This document shows, piece by piece, positions 1 to 12,078 of a stretch of 64,000 bases of DNA. The DNA lies in contig CAJFCJ010000023.1 in the NCBI GenBank assembly GCA_904063045.1, forward strand, positions 1 to 64,000, given 5' to 3'. This DNA is from Dimorphilus gyrociliatus. Taxonomy: Eukaryota > Animalia > Annelida. Made by a program: the position numbers and the translations under genes. Under the pieces are notes generated by a model, which saw only the letters and a list, made by a program, of their open reading frames with translations, was not told the origin of the DNA and did not search any database. Position 1 is the first letter of the stretch. Each line of letters starts with the position of its first letter.

Positions 1-290
1 AAAAATTAAAAGCTAATTCTAAGTATCCCTGATCAGCTACTGCCAAGAGTATGGTATTATCTATCGAAAGTTTTTCAACAGTCCTTCTGAGATTATCATC
101 TTCTAATCGATGTTTTCCTGTCACTTCTCCTCTATTCTATTCAAATTAAATATATCGTTAATTTATTCATGAATTTTTAATTACGTTATTTGTTATAAAA
201 ACTTACCTTTTTTAATAAAAAAATAACAAACAAACAACCTAACAAACCTAGAAACGTCCTAGACATACATTTCAAATTAAATACTTTCAT
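1..290 (-). CDS. Nucleotide-diphospho-sugar transferase (GT77/PF03407-like) Golgi type II protein, 5' part; runs off the window
   Basis: Exon 290-207 encodes MKVFNLKCMSRTFLGLLGCLFVIFLLKK (signal anchor). GT-AG intron 206-137. The next exon is in frame: NRGEVTGKHRLEDDNLRRTVEKLSIDNTILLAVADQGYLELAFNF, resembling the N-terminal 'ilt.~n.gy.d~~~Nw' motif of this family. Not in the ORF track. Confidence 0.6.
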
Positions 291-1748
291 GTCCGAACTT
301 TCTATGTAAAATAATAATATGGAGAATATTATCAAAATAGGAATATTCACTATTACACTTTAGCCACTCTCTGTCAGACGACGATGTGATACAATCTATC
401 GATTAGTACTGATATTAAAATATTTCTGATCACGTGACAGTTCAAGCTATCTACTGTCTCAAGCTTTTATTTATGTGGTGTTTAGGGAAAAAGAGCTTTT
501 TTTTATTATTATACATTAAAACCTAAAAACGTTGGAATTTTTGAGAGAAAAAGATATTGGATATAAATTACGAACCTCTAGGAGGTTGAGAAAATTTGAT
601 CCCTATAATTCTCTCTACAATATGAAAATTATTGCTATATTTAGATTAATAGCATAAGAGATAGTCTCCCTGACAACGCTGTGCAAGCTAGTTTGAAAAG
701 ATTTTCCTAAATCTGCACGATATATAAATATACGTAAATAATATATTATATAGGTTGCAATACTTTTTTCTATTCATTCTGGTAACTTGACTGAAGTGTC
801 CAACAGTCTTATGTCTTTTCTCCCAACAAAAGTTCAACTTTCATATTTTCATACCTACGTGTGACTATTAATCGATACAGACAGAGATAAGATTATTACT
901 TTAACACCGTGGCTAATAATATAATACGAAGATTATTTGTTATCAGTTTAGTGTAGTTCTTTTAGAACCTAATCCTAAAATTACCTATAATAAGAGACAA
1001 ATATGTATTAATGATTTTACATTTAACCTTAACCTTAAAGGGAAATGAAATCAAAAATAGTATTAAAGAGAAATAGAGCAAAAATAAAGAATATCTAACC
1101 TTAAATCAGAGAAAGAACAAATTTTTGATTAACAATAACCCCATTCACTCTATGTAAATATGACAAAATCTTTTTGGAAAGTCAGAAGAGAGAAAAAATT
1201 TCTTTTTAACAATATAATATCATATCTATGGGAAAATTGTATTTTACAAACAAAATATGTAAAGAGTATTGTGAATTGAACTAGAAATGTTCGAGAAACA
1301 ACAAGGTAATTAGGTAGTACTTAGAGTAGATTATCATGAGGCGTTACCCCACCCAAGAGTAATCCTATTGATTCTCAAGGGTTTTATAAGATTTCTCTTG
1401 CTTTATTTATAAGAATTATATATAATAAAGACTTTTACCTATATATTGGCGTTTGAGCAAATTTATAAAAACAAAAAAAAACGATATTATAAAAGTCATA
1501 TGCAAAAGAACACCAATTGCTCAACAAAGATTATAGTATATTTTATAGCTCTATACTATAAAAAGTCTAATATAACCGCTCTGTTTGCTTATTGGTTCAA
1601 TTTTTTCTCTCGTTTTCTTAATCCAAAACTGTAAGTTGATAATTTATTTAGGCTGAAATTCAATAGCTAAAGTTTTCTTGCAAAAAGAAAAGTTTGACTG
1701 TATTGCTTTATATCGTAAAAGCTAGTTATATTTTTTCTATTCAGGATT

Positions 1749-2893
1749 TTATACCCAGAGTCTGCTTTGTTTCTTCGATAGTCTACTGTAGAGACATGTC
1801 ATTAGTGAAGTTTTCTTTCTAGCAAAACTTCTTAAAACTCCATATAATCCATATGTTGAACCTTCTGTTATTGCGGCTTGATTACATTTACCCAAGAGTA
1901 AGAATTCTGTATATATATTTAAAATTTCTTGACAAGATATACTACTATCCCTGTAGTGTTTTTGTATACCTTCGATTAAATACGTTGAATATTTATTGAC
2001 AGTCTTTACATAATGCTTCGTAATAGAACTATCTAATGTAATGTATACAATTGACGATGTATCATCCCTAGGAGATATCATATGTTGAACGTCTAAGGCA
2101 TCATCAATACATTTCTCAGTCCATTTCTTTGGGTGATTATACTCAATCCAACCAGTTCTTATTTGTATGCATATAACATTTTTATACTTATCTAAATTAC
2201 TAACATGCTTCTGAAATTGGGCCAAGAGCAGTCCTTTTGGTTTGAATAATTTCTCAAAATAGTGCAAAAATATATAAGCGTCTGAGTTCTTTTTTAAGAA
2301 TTTCCTTACTGGAAGTTTAGCTAACTGTTTCACTCTTAAAAAATAAATAAAGCTTCTTATAGCAAGAATTTTCTCTTCACTACTCATTAGTTCTTTAACA
2401 AGGGTCAGGTTATTGCTAATAAAGTTAAAAGTAGATATTTTATGCTTGCTTAATTCATCATTATCCACCAATTGAACAGAATCAAGAGTAAAATACATAT
2501 TCATCGGACAGTTTTCATTCGGAATATTTGGAGTAATTAGAAGAGTTCTATTTGAGATTTCAGAAAAAATTTTACAAGATATTAATGCCCTCATAGTATT
2601 AGCTAATCCTCCTTCCGGAATACATAAGATATATAATTTTTTATTATCCAAATTTATAAGTTTAGTCTGTTTATAAAAACAATATGAACAATTTTCGATT
2701 ATTTTTAATATTAAACAAACATTTTCACCTTTTGAGCGTGGAATTTATAATGATTACCAATAGCATTATTACTAACTATATTAACTCCTTCTACAAAGTT
2801 ATTTTTGAGATCTTGTATATAAGTTAACGTTCCGTATATTAAAGCTATTAGGAGGCAGGAACCAAAAATGTAATATAATTTTCTTATTCGCAT
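1749..2893 (-). CDS. Fucosyltransferase (GT37/GT11/GT23 clan, GT37-like), two coding exons, about 360 aa, type II membrane
   Basis: Exon 1 2893-2729 (55 aa, TM anchor), intron 2728-2667 (gtgaaa...aaacag), exon 2 2666-1749 in frame. Motifs GGLANTMRALIS..SNRTLLI, ICIQIRTG, VYITLDS and EFLLLGKCNQAAITEGSTYG match alpha-1,2/1,6/O-fucosyltransferase motifs. Candidate 5'UTR acceptor at about 2925 and donors at 3315 or 3615. Confidence 0.8.
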
Positions 2894-4201
2894 GGTTCTT
2901 CAGTATCGATACAATGGCCTCTCTCTAAAAGAAAATGACAATATTAGTACTGTAATAATATTTGTTATCTCTAAAATACATCTGTAGTTCTACTTTATCC
3001 ATTCCGTAATATGAACAAGAATATAAGTATAATCATCTATAAAAAGGTTTCAACTGAAATCGATCTAATTCAACATAAGTAAACAAAACTTTTCTTTCAC
3101 TTGCAGACAAATTTAATAATGGCATATATTACTTTTTATCCAATCTTGTTTTTGTGTAAATCTCGCTAGGTGATAAGCTGTCTATTCTACATACATGTTC
3201 TATCTCTTTTTCTTTTCCTAATTCGTATACTTTCAACTGCGTTATAAAGATCACTACTAGAATTTTAATCCCAATATTTATCATTATTTTAAAAAAATGT
3301 GATAAGGTACATACCTGTATTGTAAAATATTGTATATAATATCATATCTCACCTATTTGTTTTAGTAGAAACGAAGGATTTTTGCAGTTTTTACGTTTTT
3401 TATCTTGCTCATTTACATTTATATATTTAGTTATTTTATTATTTTCAAATATATAAAAATTGGAAAAGTAAAGTCAACAAAACATTCTCTCTCAATATAA
3501 AGTATATATATATATATATAAATTTATATATACTGTATATATATGTAAATATACGTATACTATATACAAATTTACAAGTTTTCTACAGAAAATAATCTAC
3601 ATGAGAACGACTTACCTTATTTTTACAGAATATTAAAACTTCATATGAAATTTTTAGTGTAAATCTCTAGTACCTTTACTTATTCAGTTCTGTTTTTTTT
3701 ACCGTGCTGATAGATGGCGTTTTCACCACGTGCGTGGACTTGCTGAAGTTAAAGGGAGACGAAGGAAAGTGTATCAAGTCTTTTCTAATAATCTAACGTT
3801 TAATATAGATGTAATTATATATCTATTACAATGTAATTTTTCTGTGTTAGTTTCAATAAGCTTAGTATTTTCAAAGAACTATAATCTAATCCCTCATATA
3901 TTGATTTTTCTGTTATGAATATACCAAGAAACATTGTCAGAAGGAACCAGCTATCTCGCCTGCAAATACAATATCAAAAACCACTGAGCAAATGTAAATA
4001 ACAGTAATTGGTATTCTAATCAAAGAGTAGAAGAATTCTATGGACTTTATAAACTATGAAAGATCCACGAAATGCAAATATTTAATTTATACTCAATTAG
4101 AAAGATCACAGAAGAAATTTCGATTTGTTGCCCGACTTAACACTTTATGAAAACTCTTTCGCTGATAGCCTGTTGCGCATTCTACTTTATATTGTTAATT
4201 T

Positions 4202-4387
4202 TTTGATATACTTGGGCGTTAGAAAGGAGTGCACATGGTTATAGTCATCAGCTTTTCTTCTGTATTTTGTTGCTTGGTTTGTGATGTAATCTTCGTCACC
4301 GAGAATTCTTCGAGTTTCCCTTTTCTCATGTTTCCTTTCTACTTCCTCTCTGATACGTTTATATAAAGTTTTCTGACTTTCTTCTTC
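4202..4387 (-). repeat. 186-bp duplicate of coding sequence 10438-10623 from the titin-like gene
   Basis: By-eye alignment shows the same sequence (tttgatatacttgggcgttag...ctgactttcttcttc) at offset 6236, with no mismatch seen. Confidence 0.95.
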
Positions 4388-5021
4388 TGCTCGTCATACA
4401 ATTTCGCAAAGTCCCAATTTTTTCACTAGACTACTGCGACCTTCCACATCCATCCTCTTAAACTGTGGGAAGTTTCTCAAAGGGTGCGGCTTATCGCCTG
4501 CATAAAACTCTGACTCCCTTTTCTTTCCTTCTTTATGCTCACTCATGCCCTCATGGGTCATCATCTTACGTTGGTCTATCGCTCTTTCCAGTCCCTGACT
4601 TTGTACCTCGGTAGCTCTTGCCTTAACAGGTTCTCTTTTTTCATTTGTCTGAATTCAAACCGAGCTGTTTCTTCTTTTCTTACTCTTCTCTCCATTTCTA
4701 TCATTTCACTCAATTCGGCCAGCACATTTTCCTATTTTCCATCCTGCATTCTTCCCTATTTGTGTCAAATCGAAGAATATCATCCCCTTTTGGGGTGGTG
4801 TTAACTTCATCATCGTCACTCTCGTCTGTCATCTTATCAAAGGCGCTTAGATTTCCATTCTTTGCTTGGCATCGCGTGTTTGACGTGATGTTTTTCTTTC
4901 TTCCGTTCTCTGCCTGCTTTTCTGCCATTTCTGCATAATCTCTTTCATTTGCGCTGCCATACGCATTTCTTTTCCTCTTCCCTGAGGAGATACTTCTCTC
5001 ACTGTAACCTTAACCTTAACG
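4388..5021 (-). mobile_element. Degenerate BEL/Pao LTR-retrotransposon gag fragment (no LTR seen)
   Basis: Minus strand reads GDKPHPLRNFPQFKRMDVEGRSSLVKKLGLC(E/N)CM after repairing one frameshift. This matches the BEL gag pattern H.L..C..F..M....R...VKK..LC.NC. Purine-rich and more GC-rich than the flanks. Confidence 0.6.
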
Positions 5022-5748
5022 TTTTGGTTTGAATAATTTCTCAAAATAGTGCAAAAATACAGAGGCATCTGAGTTCGTTTTTAAGAATTTCCTTGCTGGA
5101 AGTTTAGCTAACTGTTTTACTCCTAAAAAATAACGAAAGCTTCTTATAGCAAGAATTTTCTCTTCACTACTCATTAGTTCTTTAACAAGGGTCAGGTTAT
5201 TGCTAATAAAGTTAAAAGTAGATATTTTATGCTTGCTTAATTCATCATTATCCACCAATTGAACAGAATCAAGAGTAAAATACATATTCATCGGACAGTT
5301 TTCATTCGGAATATTTGGAGTAATTAGAAGAGTTCTATTTGAGATTTCAGAAAAAATTTTACAAGATATTAATGCCCTCATAGTATTAGCTAATCCTCCT
5401 TCCGGAATACATAAGATATATAATTTTTTATTATCCAAATTTATAAGTTTAGTCTGTTTATAAAAACAATATGAACAATTTTCGATTATTTTTAATATTA
5501 AACAAACATTTTCACCTTTTGAGCGTGGAATTTATAATGATTACCAATAGCATTATTACTAACTATATTAACTCCTTCTACAAAGTTATTTTTGAGATCT
5601 TGTATATAAGTTAACGTTCCGTATATTAAAGCTATTAGGAGGCAGGAACCAAAAATGTAATATAATTGGTTTTTTGACATTGTTCTTCAGTATCGATACA
5701 ATGGCGTCTCTCCAAAAGCAAATGACAATATTAGTACTATAATAATAT
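5016..5748 (-). pseudogene. Truncated duplicate of the fucosyltransferase gene (start 5680, intron retained, stop 5016-5018 just past the breakpoint)
   Basis: 5022-~5748 aligns to 2235-~2960. It lacks the C-terminal catalytic motifs (IQIRTG onward). Confidence 0.9.
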
Positions 5749-6773
5749 AGTGGTCGACTAAAAAACCCAGACACCATGAGTTTCGATAGGCTAAACATTG
5801 TTTTTATTTTCCAGGTATAAATTATTATTTTTAAGTTGTATATTGTACGTATACATTCGTCAGCTATACTCTATTATAGAGAAGTAGTATTGAACCAGTA
5901 TTGTACTATGCGGAAAGCTCTGATAAAAACAAGCAGTATTGACCTATTTTTGCAGTATACACAATGCTGTTCTTCTTAACATGCATTAATCAGATATACT
6001 TCCTCCTTCTATGCTGATGCTAAATCTACTAACCCAATCAATTGAATATCATTATTAATGTAGAATATGAAAACGGTCAAATATACAATCCAAATGTTTT
6101 CTTGATTGTTGGACTTGTCCTATTAAAATTGTTAGATCTTAAGCAATTTTTCAACCTTCGAAATTCAATTATTATTCAGAAGAGGAAAAAAATAAAAAAT
6201 ATGACCATATTTAGAACTTTTCTTTGTCTTAAAATGTTACTTTTTTTTTGTCAACATTGAAATTTGTGAACTATCAACCTTTTAAAGAGTATATAAACCC
6301 TACAAAACTAACAGTTGATAGTTCAGTTTTCTAACCGTCAGCTAGTTGTTTAAACTAGCCTGTTTAGAACTAGAAACTCATTTTACTCAATACGTATTCT
6401 TTTTTCATATTTTTCCTATTAATATTCACAAATAGGATAATTTTGTCATTTTGTTTGCGATATTTTTTGAATGTTAAAGAGAGCTCAGAAACTTATTTCA
6501 CCGAAATATCATAAGCCGTCTATATCTATGAGTTACAAGGCGTGTCTTTTCAATTTGTAATTGTAATTGTGCCCTTCTACTGATAGAGCTTTCTCGCTGA
6601 AGGATTTGAATAAATCTTTAATATATTTTATAAGATTTCGTTTATTCTAAGAATTATCTGTTTTCAAGGTAGTTATTAAGCTTTTTTTGGTATTAAAATA
6701 TGCTTTACAAAAGACAAAGTGAAAATACTTAACAAATATTTTGAAGGGAAAATAAGGCCTATAATTCGTCAGT

Positions 6774-9700
6774 CTAGTCACTTTCTTCGCTACTCTCAGT
6801 TTCAGTATTTTCTGAACTAGATTCATTGTCATCATCATCATCATCATCACTATCATCATCATCACTATCATCATCTTCTCCATTGACTTCATCAGCGTCG
6901 CTTTTATCTTTTCTATCGTCTATTTTCTCTTTCACTTGTTCAACTGTTGACTTTTTGTTATCTTCTTTCTGATCTTCTTTCTTTTCCTCCTGCCCAACGT
7001 TATCATCCTCTTCATCTTCGCTAGATTCTTCACTACTTGTTTCACTACTTTCCTCGCTGCTTTCCGATTCAGTGTCATTTTTTCGTGATTCGGATTCGTT
7101 AGTTGAAGAACGTCGTGAACTATCGGTTGATTCAAAACTGTCACTTGTTGATATCGATTCAGATTTGGAGAGAATATTATCATTTGTCCCTGAATCTTTC
7201 TCTCTAACAACTTCTTTCTTACTTTCTTGGACAATCGTTTTAATAGTAACGCTTGTTTCAGTTGTTTCCATCTGCTCTGTCTTTGATTGTGTAACAAATA
7301 TTTTACCATCTATTTCTTCTTCCTTCTTTTCTTCTTCAACAACAATAGCCTTTGTCACTGTTTCCGTTTGATTTTCTCTGGAGATGTCATCTGCATTTTT
7401 AGTTTCGGAAATAGTAGTTTGAGATTCCAAGTCCTCTTTTATTTCTATTGATTTCACGACTTGAGATTTAACCTCGACACTCTTGTCAGATTCAGATACG
7501 ATCGACGAAGAAACATCAGAAACTGGAGTTTCCGACCTCGACGTAGGCGACGATGAGGACGTCACAGATTCAGAAACCTCTGAAGTCGAGGATCGTGCTG
7601 TAGAAGTTTCAGATTTAGAAGATTCTGAATAGGAAGATGAAGTTTTTGCTGGAGCGGATGATGAAGATTTCGTATTAGAAGATTCTGAACTTTCAGTTAC
7701 AGATGTTTTAGATTCAGAAGTATTGGATACGACGGATTCCTTTTCTGATACTGTGGATTTCGAGTCAGTCGATTCATCGGCCTCCGATGTTGTAGCTTCA
7801 GTATTAGACGTTTGTGAAGCTGCTGAAGATGAAATTTCGGAGGAATCTATCTCAGACTTTTCGTCTTTGTTTCCTTTTTCATTCGTAAAAACGTCAGGTG
7901 AATTATCTTCTTCAACTTCCACTTTAATATCAACACTGTCAACTTTTATCATTTCAGAACATACTATTTCTTCTTCAACAGTTTCATTCTGCTGGATTTC
8001 TTCTTTCTGATCGCTATCAACTTGATCTTTTTCAGCATTTTTCTCCAGCACATCTACGAAATCTTTAATTTCCTTTTCTTTATTTTCAACAGTGATTTTC
8101 TCTTCTACTCGAGTTTCCTCTTCTGCTTGAAGTTTAGTCTCAACAATTTTGGAGTCTGAATCCTCTCTCTCTTCAGCACATTTTGATTTTAGATCATCTT
8201 CATCAACTATATGATTAATAATAACTGATTCTTGTTCCTTATTTTTAATCTCTAGAATAGGTTTAGTCTGAATTTCTGCTGTTTTTTCATTCATATCAGT
8301 ATTATTCTCATTAGATGATTTATCCAGAATTTTCTCATTGTTAACATCTTCAGCAATTTCATTACTCTCAGCTGCAACTTCTTTTGTGGAATTTTCATTA
8401 TTCTCATTAACTTTTTTATCTAATAAAGCCTCTTTGTTATCTGAGTCATTGAGTAAATTTTGAGCATCATTGAAAGCATTATTTACGATTTGCTGTGAAA
8501 GATCGTTGAGTTTAGATTCGTAATTTTCTACGATGACCTCAGAGGAAACTTGTTCACTCTTTGTCATTTGAAATTCTTCAGTAGTTGTTGTCTTTTGAAC
8601 ATGATTATTAACTGAACATTCAATATTTATATTCTTTCCAGAAGATATTTCCTCTTCGTAGGGAAGTTTTTTAATAAATTTAGGTGGATATTTCCCTTCA
8701 GCATTAAGAGGAGTTTCGTGATCGAAAACGTATTTTTGAACTTCGATATCGTCCCTAAATCAATATTATTTATTAATACATTGGAGATATTTCAAGTTCA
8801 AAAGGTTAGAGTATATATACTGTATATTTATAAAAAAAACTTACCCTTCAATCCTTCTGGGCAGCATATTTATCCAACAGGTCGCAGCGATTTTACCATA
8901 TTGATTCTCAGCAGTAACAGCATAGTATCCAGCATCTGTTTCTAAGGCTGATCTTATCTGTTTGACACAAGTCATTATGTGTTTTTTTACTGTTTCAAAA
9001 CTATTATTTAAGGTTAATTACTTGAAGAATATAATGATTTCCAAAGGCAACCATTCGATGTCTTTCCGTATAAGTAAACTCTCTTGCGCCATCTTTTGAC
9101 CAAACAGCTATAAAATGAAATTTGTATTGTATTGGTTGAGAAATTCTGAAAAGGTTCACTTCCTTACCAACAGGCTTAGGATCGCCATCTATAACGACTT
9201 CTAAATCGATGGGATCACCTAAAGGTACGTTGGCCTTTGAAGGTAAAACTTTTAAAAACCAGGGTTTAGTTCCTTTTATTAAAGGTCCTCTATCGTCCAT
9301 AGAATAAGTCGGTTTATCCATAGTAGCATCAATACTATCCTCATCAACATAACGTTTCTTATTGGACAGATCTGATACAGAAATAATTAAGTATAATTCA
9401 GCCAATTAATTAAACTCTTTTTAAATAACTACCAGTTATAGTTACAGATGAACTACTAATAGTTTTACCAATACTATTAAATGCCAAACAAGAATACAGC
9501 CCCGAGTCAGATACTTGAGCATTTTTAACAAATAGCTTACAGGAACCGGCGTCATCGTTCGTTATTTGAACTTTTCCGCTTTCTCGAATAGTTGTATTGT
9601 CTTTCAACCTGATGAGATTAAAAAAATACATTTAACGAACATAGTTTATAATTAAAATAGAACATTTTACCATTTAAATGACGGTAGAGGATTTCCGGTA

Positions 9701-11951
9701 ACTTGAACGGATATTTCAAAATCATTTCCAACATCTTTCTGAACCATATTAGCTTCTTTTACGAAATGAGGAAATGTACCAGAATTTGGTATTTCGTATT
9801 CCTCATTAAAATCTATAAATTATTAAATAGAATAGTATTAAAAGTTATTTCTAAACATGTTTTTATAATACAGTTTATATATACAGTATATATAGTATGT
9901 ATTGTATATATTGTTTAAAGATGAAAAAACAATAGATACCATCTACTTCTAGTACTGCACTGCAGGATTTCTCTCCTTCTGAATTCCATATTTTTACTGC
10001 ATATATTCCGGCGTCAGAATGTTGAACATTATTAATTTCAAGAGTTAATAACCCAAAATCATTCTATATAGAGATTTTTGCTTAGGTTATTTCATTGTAA
10101 AGGTTCTATTTTAAGACAGAGAATTGTATTTTTTTTTACTTACAGTTATCCGTAGTTTTTCATCGCTTTTTAGTTCTTTTTGACCTTTGAACCATTTAAC
10201 TTTTGGGAAAGGATACCCTAAAACGCTACAAGAAAATTTTGCTATGCCTCTAACAATGGACCGTTTTGGTCTCAATCTTGCTGTAAAAGACGGGACTTCG
10301 GTGTATTGTTTTCTTCGTACTCGATGAATTTCTGGTTCTTCAGATCTACTTCTTTTAATTATAGAATGCTTTTCCCTAGGTTTCTTCTTCTTTTGATAAA
10401 TTTCATCGTATTCCGCTCCAGCATCGTGATAGATCGATTTGATATACTTGGGCGTTAGAAAGGAGTGCACATGGTTATAGTCATCAGCTTTTCTTCTGTA
10501 TTTTGTTGCTTGGTTTGTGATGTAATCTTCGTCACCGAGAATTCTTCGAGTTTCCCTTTTCTCATGTTTCCTTTCTACTTCCTCTCTGATACGTTTATAT
10601 AAAGTTTTCTGACTTTCTTCTTCATCATCTTCAGCAATTTGTTTTTTAGTTCTCATTTTAAGTACACTTTCATCAATTTCTTCTCTTTTCTTTCCGTAAA
10701 CCTTTGAGCGAATATGTTTATTGAAATTGAAAGAATAGCTAATATATTAACCTTTTTCAGAATGTATGCGCTGTCCTCAGAACCAGGTGGAAGAAGAATC
10801 TTCTCACGTACTTTAATTCCAATGATATTGGAGTCAGGAGATTCTCCCATTGCTCTTAATTCTTGCTCTGATAATTCAAAATATCTGATATTCTGATATA
10901 ATTCAACATCGCTGGGAAACATTCGTCTATTTCTTCGAACAAAATCTTCCATTGATGACATTTTATCTTGAATGTTTCTTGTCCTACTAACAGCATAATC
11001 TATGTGACAATTACCTTCTTGCTCAGACATTCCCCTCTCCGTTTGGTGAAATTCTGTCATGGCTGTTGCTTTTTTCCCAGATCTTAGTTCAAGAACTTGA
11101 ACGTCGTTTGGTGTAAAATCTGGGGGTTCGGCCCATCTGGACATAGAATAATCGCCAGTCGTAGAAAGTGAAGAACTATTCTCAATACAATCTTTCAAAT
11201 CAACAATATTTCGTAAAGAGTTGATCTGCTTGTCATTTCCTCTATCAATTTGTCTAGTTAAAGAAGAATTATGATTCGAATATTTCGTAACAGAAACATC
11301 TCTCTCCTGAGAATATCTATTTGTACTGGTAGCAGGAGATTTTGATGACGAAAATGTTGATGTAGCTGTTTAAATGAAAATAGTTTAAGCAGAGAAGATA
11401 GGAGAAGAGAGATTTTAAAATATATATATAATCAGAATAATTAAATGATTAAACAAATTCAACATTAAAACTTATGTTCACATGAATATTTAAGGTATCT
11501 GCCTTAGTTTGTTTATCAATTTTGTCTGCTATTAATTAGCTATGTGGTTCTTTTTAGTATGGAATAGTTCAGAAGTTTGTAATATATGTTAGAGATTTTT
11601 TGTTTGGCTTTAAATTTTACTCTATAAGCAATAAATATTTCTATAAAATATCTCACTTAGATCTGTTTGTCTCAGGGCTGCTAATTCTCTTTCTTGGGAC
11701 AATCTTCTTAACTTTCTAGCAGCAGTTCTTTCTTCAATTTCTCTTGTTATTGAATCAATATCCACAGATTCAGCTCTTAATCTTCTTGGTCCATTTTCTA
11801 AAGACCTATCTTCAGAGAAACTCCTTGTATATCTCGAATTTGTGTATCGAGACCTTTCGGAGAACATTCCATAGTTCCTTGTTAGATTGTCAGACTTACT
11901 GGTAGGCCTATTGTTTTCTTTATTTCCCCCATACCATGACAAGTAAGACAT
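6774..11951 (-). CDS. Titin/twitchin/UNC-89-like multi-Ig protein with a long acidic disordered C-terminus (multi-exon)
   Basis: I-set Ig motifs in successive exons: PSFTARL..FSCSVLGYPFPKVKWFK; DAGIYAVKIWNSEG; DSGLYSCLAFNSIG; PWFLKVLP..LEVVIDGDPKP; DAGYYAVTAENQYG; PPKFIKKLP. Last exon 8754-6774. First exon from ATG 11951 (MSYLSWYGG...). It may be joined to the upstream Ig/FN3 exons. Confidence 0.8.
6829..6875. repeat. Imperfect (ATC)n microsatellite encoding the poly-Asp tail of the titin-like protein
   Basis: tcatcatcatca...ctatcatcatc translates on the minus strand as DDDSDDDDSDDDDDDD. Confidence 0.9.
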
Positions 11952-12064
11952 ATTTCGAAAAGTTCTAAAAAAGAGAAGTCGATTGAAAAGACGATTCTTG
12001 AAGCTATTTGTGGCGAATCAGCGAAATCTCGTTCGTCTGGTAACAGCTAGCCAATCCTAGGAAT

Positions 12065-12078
12065 GTTGCCATGGCTAC
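12065..12078 (-). promoter_or_regulatory. RFX X-box about 115 bp upstream of ATG 11951
   Basis: Minus strand GTAGCCATGGCAAC fits the X-box consensus GTHNYY-AT-RRNAAC. A CCAAT motif lies about 10 bp away. Confidence 0.6.

Noticed and set aside
430-437. TCACGTGA E-box/CLEAR palindromes (430, 12411) and CACGTG at about 3727
   Set aside because: Plausible promoter elements, but short palindromes occur by chance and there is no supporting evidence.
960-1140. TAACCT/AACCTAATCCTAA telomere-like hexamers (also at 5005-5019)
   Set aside because: Only 2-3 units in AT-rich DNA and not a canonical TTAGGG array; too short to call an interstitial telomere or Helentron.
4146-4206. Short signal-peptide-like ORF MKTLSLIACCAFYFILLIF abutting the exon copy
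   Set aside because: Only 19 codons; hydrophobic mini-ORFs are common in T-rich DNA.
6647-8010. Overlapping ORFs (6647-6892, 6932-7309, 7072-7371, 7723-8010)
   Set aside because: Shadow frames of the low-complexity titin-like last exon.
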